Below, piece after piece: positions 1 through 9,495 of a stretch of DNA of 64,000 nt. The notes beneath the pieces are model-generated. The model did not search any database and was not told the origin of the DNA. It was given only the letters and a program-made list of their open reading frames with translations. This DNA comes from Eledone cirrhosa (taxonomy: Eukaryota). The stretch's first letter is position 1. Every line of letters starts with the position of its first letter. Location: positions 9,295 through 73,294 of the forward strand of contig CAXHJY010000693.1 of NCBI GenBank assembly GCA_964016885.1. The letters are read 5' to 3'. The translations under genes and the position numbers were made by a program.

Positions 1-204
1 TGTTTGGACAAAATTTAGTTAAAGGGGTCAAAGTAGTACAGAATTACGGACAAGTTATTGGGCTATTATAGTAGCAGGTTATTTCTAAAGGGTTCTAAAA
101 AACAGTGTTTAATACTCTTATTATAGAAAGCCATATCGTGTGTATAAACATATAAAACAGAAATTTGCAAACGGTGGTGTAAAAGGGTAACATTACATGC
201 ATTT

Positions 205-540
205 AAAAAAAAGAAAAAGTCGTTTTCAAACGATGGTTACAGTAAAGTGAACGTTCAATTTTGCTGTTCAAAAGTTTGTTTTCCGACGTTAAAATGCAGT
301 ATATTTCCATATTGCATAATTTACAGAATCGATGATTCTGCTATTATGCAGGCGCAAGAGTAATAATTTGCCAATCAAGGGAGAATGCTTGATTGTTCCT
401 CCGAAGCTGCCAGGCTTTATCGGCGAGGGTTGTTACGGAGCGCATTTTCTCATGCCTGATCGAAGATCGATGTTAGTATAGGCGAGCTTTGAAAGATGTT
501 GCGGTACATCCGACGTAATACCATTTGTTGGTTCCGGAAT
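205..540 (-). pseudogene. Penelope-like element (PLE) GIY-YIG endonuclease C-terminal remnant
   Basis: Reading through stops gives [65 protein letters not shown]. This is the PLE GIY-YIG pattern with a terminal CxLC..E..N..E..CxH. Confidence 0.8.
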
Positions 541-547
541 TTATATA

Positions 548-704
<157 letters not shown>

Positions 705-972
705 AATTTTCTTTTTATTTGCCACCAGGGCATCAAAAAGTGGGACAAGTACAATGGGGGGAGTTTACAAAACAGGGCGTCCTCAATAAGGAGGAGGCAA
801 TAACAATATATAAAAATAAAATAGAATATAACAAAAAATAAAATTTATAACAAAGTCGTCAATAGAGAGGAGGCGCCTTGGGGGGTCGCACACACCCCCG
901 AAAAAAAGTGTGCAACCCTTTTCCTCGGGAGCACAGAGAAGGGGTGGTCCCTTGGTCTTTCATCTTCCTCAC

Positions 973-3917
973 CTATAGTCTGATGTAGAGTGAAGGCCCA
1001 TTCACACGGGCTATTCTCGCCACTTTCACCCATCTTTCATAAAAACGGCTGGGGTGCAGCACCTCTCTCTCCATCCTGATCCTTCTACCGAAAGGATATC
1101 GGAAGAAACGGACCACTTGTTGGCCAGAGAGAAAGGTGTCTGACCTCAGACCTTTCAGACGCGTCCACCATACAACCTCTTTCGCCATGGTGTGCCAGGC
1201 GCCCAGTTTTCTCGGTCTTTGCTTGACCCAGGATTGCAGCTCGGTGAGTGAGACGAGTCTGGGAAAGGCTCGCCTCACAAACGGGGCCCACACCGGTTGA
1301 CCGGAGAGGAATACCTGAAGGTGCCGTAGCCTGAATGCGTGTTTACGTATCATTAGCCACGGCATCCCCAGCCCTCCTTTCGAAGGGTGTTGACAGCAGA
1401 TGGATCTCCTCACAATAGGAGCCCGCTTCTTCCAAAGGAATTGGAAGAGTGCGCGCTCCATTTTGGCGAGCGTTTCCCTTGGGCAAGGCACAACGGTCAG
1501 GCGGTAGTAGATGACGAACGCTATATAAGTGTTCGCCACCTCCGCCCTACCTTTCAGGGACAGTTTGCACTCGGCCCACTTCTGGGTCAGTGCAAACACC
1601 CTGTTCGTTACCTCACCCCAGTTCTTCTCCACCTGGAGGTCTGGTCCGAACCAGACCCCGAGCAACTTCACCGGGCCCTCCGTCCAGCGCCCAACAACGC
1701 CATCGGAGGGCATTGATCTGCCCCTCCACGTGCCGAGTTGCAGACCGATCGACTTGTCCCGGTTCAGCTTAGCCCCTGTAAACCTTCGGTACTCCCCCAG
1801 TAAGGTGCCGATCGCCCCGATTTCCGAGGCCGTCGACACCATTACTGTTACATCATCGGCGTAGGCTGACACCGCTTTCCGCAATCCCGGTTCCAACGGG
1901 ATGTCCTGCAACAACTCCAACTTCCGCAGCAGTGGCTCTAGAGTCATTACATACAGAAGGGAGGAGAGAGGGCACCCCTGTCAGATGGACAGCGCGATTT
2001 CGAACGGCTCCGAGAGGTAGCCGTTCACCTTGACCCTAGACCAGATGCGGCTGCTGTGCATGGCATTGATCCAGCCCCTGAAAACGGGTCCGAAGCCTGC
2101 CGCCGCTAGCACCGCATCCAGGTAACCATGGTCGACCCTATCGAATGCCTTAGATTGATCCAAGTTGATCAGGGACCCACCAAATCCGGGTTCGTTCCCA
2201 ACTCTCTCTATTATGTATCGCATGAGGTGGAGGTTGTCGTGGATGGACCTGGTCGGGATAGAACATGTCTGCGCATCTCCCACCACGTTACCCACGACAA
2301 GCGCCAACCTCTTTGCTAGCACCTTGGCCAAAATCTGTAACTCTGTATTTAGCAGAGTTATGGGCCTGAAATTATTTATATCGTCCCCCTTGTTCTCGTC
2401 CTTCCTCACTAGCGTGACTACGCCCTTGGTCACAGCACAGGGAATTCTCCCGTTCTGTTGCCAGTTGCAGTAGACCGCCTCGAGGACATCGGGGAACAAG
2501 TCCGGCATAGCTAGATTTAGTTCGTATGGAAGAGCATCGAGACCCGGGGATTTGCGTTTGCCGCATTGGCTCAGCACGTCCTCTATCTCAGCGGCTGAAA
2601 TCGGCTCCTCGCAGGACTTCGCCTCCCTGTCCGAGAGACGCGGCAGGCCGTCGAGGTATGGACCGAAGTCCACATCCCCAACCGGCTCCCCGCCCCTTCC
2701 GTACAATCCGGCAAAGTGCTTTTGAAAAGCCTCGCACATCTGCTTAGGTTCAAGTATCACCCATCCATCCTGGTCTCGCAAAGACCGGATAGTGGATCTG
2801 CTCCCTCTTTTGGCTTCTGTCACGCGGGCCCAGCTAACAGCTTTGGTCCCCTCGTTTCCCAGAGCACGTATTTTGCTTCGGACGATGCAGCCTTCTTGTT
2901 TCGCGTCGAAGAACTGGCCCAGGGCCGTTCTCGACGCAAGCACACTGGCCACGTCGCCGCTTCTAATTGCCTCTTCTACACTATCTACCAACTCCCTTTC
3001 CTTCCTATTTCTATTTGAGGCTAACTCCTTACTAAATTCTATAGAGACTACTCTAATCTCTCTTTTGAGAGATCCCCACCACCTGCTGTTGACGATGGCG
3101 CCCGTCAACCGCTCCTTAACTAAAGTGCTAATCCGGTCCCTGTAAGCCTTACTTGCCGGTCAGGACAAGCTGAGCTTCCAGTAACCGGGTCCCTGTCTAT
3201 GAGTTCTGTCAAGGTTGACCATGCAGGTCACTAATTTGTGGTCTGAATAGCCAACCATGCGCATTTTTGGACAACTTAAAAAGTCCTTATCCTTAATTCT
3301 AACTAAGAACTTATCTATGTACGACCTAGATGATCCGCTACGATTTGCCCAAGTCCAGGTTGGCGCAGTCGGAAAATCTAGTCGATATCTATCGGCCAGG
3401 TCAAATCCACCGATTAACCCTTTGAGGCTATTACACCCCTCTCTATCGGGACAGGCCCTACGTAGTCCCAGCGTGCATCTAGGATACCATTTCAGTCCCC
3501 CACTAATAGCAAGGAGCGGGACGTCCCTAGAAAAGTCTCCAGACGATGGAAGAAGTCCGGCCGCATTGACCCGAAAGGGCCGTAGGCGGCTACCAACCTA
3601 AACGCTCCGCCTTTACCACTGCCAAGGTCCAGAACCACTAGTCGACCCTCTGGGTCCAAATGTACCATCTGTGTTGCGAGACCCAGATGTTTTTGTAGCA
3701 GAACGACAACCCCACCCCCACCTCCGGGCTGACAGAGAGATGCGTGCATCTCAAAGTCATCAAAGGTGGGGGCCAGCTGTCGCACGTTGCTGATCCGGGC
3801 CTTGCAAATAACCATCACATCTATACGTTGTGACCTGAGGTCATTTAGAAGCATTGCTTGCTTCCAAGTTGAGCCCAGGCCACGCGCATTTAAATAGCTT
3901 ACTCTTAGCATAGCCAT
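973..3917 (-). pseudogene. Tx1 ORF2 (APE endonuclease + reverse transcriptase), frameshifted, C-terminal zinc finger deleted
   Basis: APE: YLNARGL, LLVGD, SDHK. RT: KSPGLD, NFRPITLLNTE, LDQSKAFDRVDH, (Q)GCPLS, YADD, GGLGMP. Split across ORFs 3492-3941, 1981-3108 and 973-1947. Confidence 0.92.
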
Positions 3918-3941
3918 GTTGGTGGTGAAGTGAAAAGGCAC

Positions 3942-5749
3942 TTACCTCTCTGCGTCCCGGGTATCGGGCTGCATAATTTCCATTAGGGTGGGGGATGGGT
4001 TGTTGGGTGGGGTAGTGGTTTGTGGAAGTGTAGGGGCATCAGTGTGTTGTGTGGTTGGGGAGTTTGGAGTTGTGTGGGTGTTTGGGGAGGGGGTTGGGTA
4101 GTTTTTTAGGAGGACGCGGTTAATGGGCCCAACGCAGGGGGGACCCACCTCCTCTTTAAAGTTGTTTTTGAAAGTTTTATAGGTGTCCTGTGGGGCCTTA
4201 ATCATTTTGAGGTGGGGGAAATCCCCTGCATGGGTGAAGTTAGGCCCTTGGGTTTTTATTAGATTGTTGTTGTACACAATGTTTAACAGTTTTTTTGTTT
4301 CTTGTGTTTATGTATGTGTATGCATGTTTTTGTTTTTTTTTGTGGTGTTTTTTGTTTGCTGTTGTTGTGAGCTCTTTTGTGTTGGTGTCAGTGTTATGTT
4401 TTGGGGAGGGTTGTTTTCATTTGTGTGTCTGAGGTGTGTTTTCTTTTTTTCTTTTGATTGTGTGGAAGTGCTCCTCCTCGTCTGACGACGAACTAGGGTC
4501 ATCTTCTGCGTTGGAGGGGAGGGGTATATTTTCGGGTTGTGTTTGCGGTGCGGGTGTTTTGGAAATTATTTTTGTTTTTTGAGTGGAGGGGATGGGTTGG
4601 ACATTGTTTTGTTTTGGTTTGAGCTGTGGTGGTTGTTTTTGTAGTGGTAGTTGTGGTGATTGTGTTGGCTGTGCAGTTGTTGATGGTGTAGGCAGGATTG
4701 GGGTTTTCTTATTAAGTTGGGGACAGACAGCCCTCAGGTGACCTCTGGTTCCGCAGAGGTAACACGAGGGCCGCCTACCCTCAACGGTAATGTTGATGAA
4801 GGTTAGATCATCCAGTATGACGCGTTCAGGGATCTGGGCGATCCTTTCGGGCCTCATTTGAACTACAAGTTCGAGGCTCGTTCCACTGAACGCGTCACCC
4901 GATGCCTTTCCCATGGACACCAGCATGTCATCCTCCAGGTCCAGGAAACCTGTCAAAACCCACCATATGTCCATAATCGGCAGGATGGTGTGGATTTTTA
5001 TTTTTTGTGTTCTTCTACCCATGTACGTAGGGTAGAAGGTGTATGCGGTGGATGTGATTGGTTTGATGGACAGTTTCACTGCTGTGTCCCTGTCCTTCAT
5101 GAGAATGGATAGACTCCCGTAGAGTCTATCTTTCTGAATGAAGGTGATGTCCTTCCTGACGTCTTTTAAAACCAGCTCTATCTCACTCTGTGATGGTTGA
5201 GCTGGTTTTTTGGTTTTATTCGAGATTGTCCTAAACATGACAGTGTTTAGGAGTATCTGGCTTTTTAGTTCCAGGGGGGAGGGGGGGGGGGGGATGGATT
5301 GTGAATGAACCATTTTCTCCGTACACTATATATTTTTTGGCATCTGCCAGTAGCTCCTTCGCTTTGGTTATATCTACTGGCAGATAGTCGAGGGTTTTCC
5401 TTGCCGTCTCGGCGAAGGAGAAATGTTGTTTGTTTGTGTTGTTGTTGTCGTTGGTGGTGTTGTTGTTATCATTGTTGTTGTTGTCACAGTTATTGGTCTT
5501 GTTGTTGTTGTTATTGTTATTGGTGTTGTTTTCGTCCGTCGCATTGCTGTTGTTGTTGCTGTTGCTGGTGCCGCTGGTTCTTTGGGTTGTTGCCATGGCA
5601 ACGTCAAGTTGTCGGTCAACAGCTGGAGAAAATCCTTCCTCTGGATGACCTTTCTTTTTGACCTCTGCTACTGTGACAGTGGCAGGGGGAAGCTGTAAGT
5701 TTATCTTCCCCTTTCCTCCTTCGAATTTTGGTGAAGAAGCTTCAGCCAT
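3942..5749 (-). pseudogene. Tx1 ORF1 (gag-like, CCHC zinc knuckle), frameshifted
   Basis: ATG at 5749 and a poly-Asn N-terminus, a frameshift in the G homopolymer near 5274-5293, the CYLCGTRGHLRAVC knuckle and a P/T/Q-rich tail. Confidence 0.85.
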
Positions 5750-6477
5750 TTTAAAAAATGTTAACTTTTCAACAAAAAAACTTTTTTTGTTTAACTATTT
5801 CGCCTAAAGGCGTAGAATATTTTGAGAGACTGACCAGATCAAAGTTTGACCTGGCAGTCCCTCTACAAAATGGTACAAAAATTAAAGTTTACAGACAAGA
5901 ATTTCTATAGAAATTTAAACAGAACTTACTCAGCAAGTTATACGCGTGTGTCCATCCCAGAGATAGATAGATAGATAGATAGATATATAGATAAATATAC
6001 ACGGGTGTGTATGATTGTGTATAGAAGATTATATTAATAAGAGGAATTCCAACTTTGTCTGATTTACTCGTTTTATTTACAATCCTTTAACATTTATAAT
6101 GGTATTATAATGAAATAGTATGATAGAATATTAAATTCTAAGTGTTAATTGAACAAGTACTTTCATGCTTTCGCAATCTTCAGGTTCATAATATGTGGTG
6201 ACAGTCAAGTTTGCAATTTTCAACTGTAATGAGATGGGTAAATTTTGTACCTTATATACAGTGAAAAGTGGCTCCAGAATGCCAAATCTTGCAAACTGTA
6301 TTTCGACCAATCGGTGTGTAGCTTCACTGAATTACTAAAGCTGATTGGTTTAAGCGTCACGGCTGATTGAGCATGTCTAACGACCAATAATTGATCATAT
6401 CCAAAGCATCAATGGTTTTGCTATTTTTAGAAATGATGAAAATAGCATTTTCTAGTAATCATCACCATCAACATCAC

Positions 6478-6480
<3 letters not shown>

Positions 6481-6544
<64 letters not shown>

Positions 6545-6545
6545 A
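6481..6545. repeat. (TTA)n(TTG)n microsatellite
   Basis: Directly visible. Confidence 0.95.
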
Positions 6546-6879
6546 GTGGTCGTAGTCGACATGGTCGTAGTCATAGTCATAGTAGAAGTAATACCCCTAA
6601 GCGTTATTATTGTTCATTTAGCCTCGGTTTGAATTTATCAATCAAATTCTTTTCTTTGATTTTTCTCTTGATTTCCAGGTTATGTAGAAACTTGTATATA
6701 ATCCATAGTTTTATACACAAGCCGGCTCTTATAAACTCATCAATGGATGCCTAATTAATAACGATATAAGAATTATATCGACATTAACAGAATGGTGATG
6801 GTCTCCCTCAGCGCTAAGAAGAGACTGGTAGATTAGAATCCAGCAGTCCTCCCAAAGAAAAAAAATATATATATATATA

Positions 6880-7040
6880 AACGAAGGAAGTGTAGTAAGG
6901 AACTGTCGAGATGTAGTTGTCAAAACGGCCGGAGTTCAGCCGTCGGGCTCCTGCCCTTTTACCTATTACCCACTCTACTACCCTAAGTAACGAGTACTCT
7001 GGTGCGTTATGGTCCACATGTTTCCTTACCACACTTTCAT
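6880..7040 (+). mobile_element. Truncated PLE-type terminal repeat with inverted end and the 3' half of a degenerate hammerhead
   Basis: gaaggaagtgtagtaaggaa and ttccttaccacactttc form an inverted pair. AAAA-CGGC..GCCG-TC-GGGC is a degenerate GAAA/stem III/GUC. Homologous to 17320-17470 and embedded in (TA)n. Confidence 0.55.
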
Positions 7041-7093
7041 ATATATATATATATATATATATGAATATATATATATATGAATATATATATATA

Positions 7094-7173
<80 letters not shown>

Positions 7174-7219
7174 AATAATGGAGCTGCGGCGTTGTAAATG
7201 GGTTACATATGAAAAAGTT

Positions 7220-7322
7220 TGTCCTTCATCAGTGGCCTTCCAACCGTCGTAGGCATTTCATCGCTATAAAGGCCATATACCTCAGGTTGGTGCGAGCAAC
7301 GGCTAAAAAAGTCGTTGGGACA
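7220..7322 (-). ncRNA. Hammerhead ribozyme candidate with non-canonical strand order (copy A)
   Basis: Minus strand: TGTCC CAACGACT-ttttt-AGCCGTTG c TCGC a CCAACC tg AGGTA TA^ TGGCCTT tata GCGA T GAAA TGCCT acgac GGTTGG AAGGCCA CTGATGA A GGACA. Confidence 0.7.
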
Positions 7323-7850
7323 CGTAAATAAAGGGGACGCTAGGGTAAACAAACAAAATGGTTTAAGCAACAGAAAGTGATGAAGAACGGGACAAGTCCC
7401 AGATTTCTATGAATATAAATTCGACGAAATCGTGAACGAGAGAATAAAGACCATCAAACCTGGTTGAAATGTGAGCAAGGAAGGAATTTCGCACAGGTCT
7501 AACGGGAGGAAGAAGAAGGGGTCTGGTCTGCGAATTCGGTAAACATAAGTTCTGTGAAGTAGCAGACGAGAGAGAGAGAGAGAGAGAAAAAAAATTCATA
7601 CCGGCTTGGCCAAGAGCACGCGAGAAAAGGATTACGGACAGGTCAAACGGGAAGAAAGGGGAGGAGGAGAGGTAGTGACAGAGAATGAGTGAGTGAAAGG
7701 TGAGGAAGAGGCTAACAGAGAGAGAGAGACTGCTGGAAAGGGTAAAGATACAAAGAACGAAACAGACGGATAGCAGCAGAGGAAAAAATATGTGTAAATA
7801 TGATAATAATGGAGCTGCGGCGTTTCAAATGAATTACATATGAAAAAGTT

Positions 7851-7954
7851 TGTCCTTCATCAGTGGCCTTCCAACCGTCGTAGGCATTTCATCGCTTTAA
7901 AGGCCATATACCTCAGGTTGGTGCGAGCAACGGCTAAAAAAAGTCGTTGGGACA
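7851..7954 (-). ncRNA. Hammerhead ribozyme candidate with non-canonical strand order (copy B)
   Basis: Same motif as copy A; differences fall only in unpaired linker/loop positions. Confidence 0.7.
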
Positions 7955-7955
7955 C

Positions 7956-7993
<38 letters not shown>

Positions 7994-8269
7994 CATTTCA
8001 TTTCATTTCATTTGAGTTTGAATCCATGCCCAGGCCAATTCGAAGACTCCACCCTCAGAGTCTGGTGTGGTTGCCAGGTTGGATTCTCTGTTTAATTTTG
8101 ACATGTGTAGGAGCGAGTTTAGTCTGTTTGTGCTCGTTGTGTATATCCTGGGAGATGGGGTTCATCTCTAATGGTGCTTAAGTATCTATCCAGCTGCAAT
8201 TTGAATGATTCCACACTGCATCATGATAGATTTCTGACATGTACCGGAATGGAGTTGAATATATATATA

Positions 8270-8482
8270 TATAACCAAATAGTAGAGAGGAAAAATATTT
8301 ATTCAGTAGAAAATGCTGAAGAGATTCTTTCAGTATAATATCAAAACATTTATTTATTTATAAATTTATTAAATACGGAAATATCCACTCTATAAATAAA
8401 TAAATAAATATTTTGATATTATACTGAAAGAATCTCTTCACCATTTTCTGCTGAAAAAATCTTTTTCCTCTCTGCTATTTGG

Positions 8483-8486
<4 letters not shown>
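8270..8486. repeat. Foldback (inverted repeat, ~90-bp arms) between (TA)n tracts, probably a PLE-type terminal remnant
   Basis: ataaccaaatagtagagaggaaaaa...catttatttattta is the reverse complement of taaataaataaatattttg...ctatttggttat. Confidence 0.8.
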
Positions 8487-8564
<78 letters not shown>

Positions 8565-8570
<6 letters not shown>

Positions 8571-8780
8571 GGTTCAATCGGGTGTAACAACAGTAAGTAA
8601 GGTACTCAATACATAGCAGAGTATAAATATTTAATATAGAAGTGGCTTCTACAGAACTAGAACTGTTTCATTCGGGAGAAATCATCAGGAGAAATCATCA
8701 GGGCGTCCTGATGATTTCTCCCGAATGAAAGAATGAAATAGTTCTAGTCCTGTAGAAGCCATTTCCATATTAAATATATA
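8565..8780. mobile_element. Inverted pair of PLE-type terminal repeats, each with a type I hammerhead (8644-8690 minus; 8703-8760 plus)
   Basis: CTGATGA-TTTC tccc GAAT-GAAA-CAG ttctagt(c/t) CTG-TA-GAAGC in both orientations. The same family occurs at 17905, 46884 and 53700. Confidence 0.75.
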
Positions 8781-8785
8781 TATAT

Positions 8786-9300
8786 ATATTTATTAAAATA
8801 ACAGATTAAAGTTTAAGCAAAGAATCTCTGCTTACCATTTACAAGGTTTTGTCTTTGTGTGCAATTGTTCTCACCGATCCATATAATGACGTATTATCTT
8901 CGTTTTTTCCGTTCATTGTCAGAGAACATCTCCATGAACCACCTAATAGAATATTAGTCTACGACTTCCTTTATACCATAAACATGGTTTTCTCTTTGCG
9001 TGTAATTGTTTTCACCGGTCCAAATAATGACGTATTATCTTTTCCCGTTCTTTGCCAGGGAACGTTTCGACGAACCAAAGTATCGTCTTCCTCTCTTCCT
9101 CCGGTTGCAACGTTTTTTGAAATATTCACTTCTGCGTTCACAGATTTACTTTTTTAGTTTCAGAAGATCCCATTAAGAGTGAAAGCAGCGATTCTTTGCT
9201 TAAACTTTAATCTGTTATTTTAATAAATATTTGCTCTACGGTTCTTATATATTTGATATATATTTATCCTTATCGAGCCCTCTTTGGATTTTAGTCTTCA
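8786..9300 (+). mobile_element. PLE-type remnant with inverted terminal segment and degenerate HHR
   Basis: 8786-8832 is the reverse complement of 9184-9230. cAGAAGA..GAAA lies at 9160-9185, and there is an internal duplication of taatgacgtattatct. Confidence 0.45.
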
Positions 9301-9495
9301 AATTTATTTTTATTACTATTATTATTATAACTATTATTATTATTATTATTACAGTTGCATTTATCTTGCTTTATGTTCATACGAGTTATCACCAAGTCAC
9401 AACCAGTGACCTCAAGAGACAACAAGGTCCGCCATGTTCAAGAAAGAACATACATATTCACACATGCATCTTTAGTGTTTAGACTTGTGATGTAC

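Larger units (their letters stand above)
705..5960 (-). mobile_element. Near full-length Tx1/L1-clade non-LTR retrotransposon, degenerate, inserted in (GATA)n
   Basis: ORF1 has a CCHC knuckle and ORF2 has APE+RT. The 3' end carries AATAAA, and (GATA)n flanks both ends (690-704 and 5961-5985). Confidence 0.92.
7171..7956 (-). mobile_element. Retrozyme-like non-coding element: two ~155-bp direct repeats (7171-7326, 7802-7956), each with a scrambled-order hammerhead, around a ~475-bp body
   Basis: Near-identical direct repeats with a 631-bp period, flanked by (TA)n. No ORF. Homologue at 46990-47480. Confidence 0.75.

Noticed and set aside
1387-3601. Plus-strand ORFs over the Tx1 element
   Set aside because: Antisense shadows of the GC-rich LINE ORF2.
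6184-6400. Possible small exon (6184-6237) and CCAAT-box cluster
   Set aside because: Splice-like signals are common in AT-rich DNA, and there is no link to the other exons.
7220-7322. Alternative reading as a C/D snoRNA or HDV-like ribozyme
   Set aside because: Box order and terminal stem do not fit C/D, and there is no P3/L3 loop. The hammerhead core explains the conserved bases.
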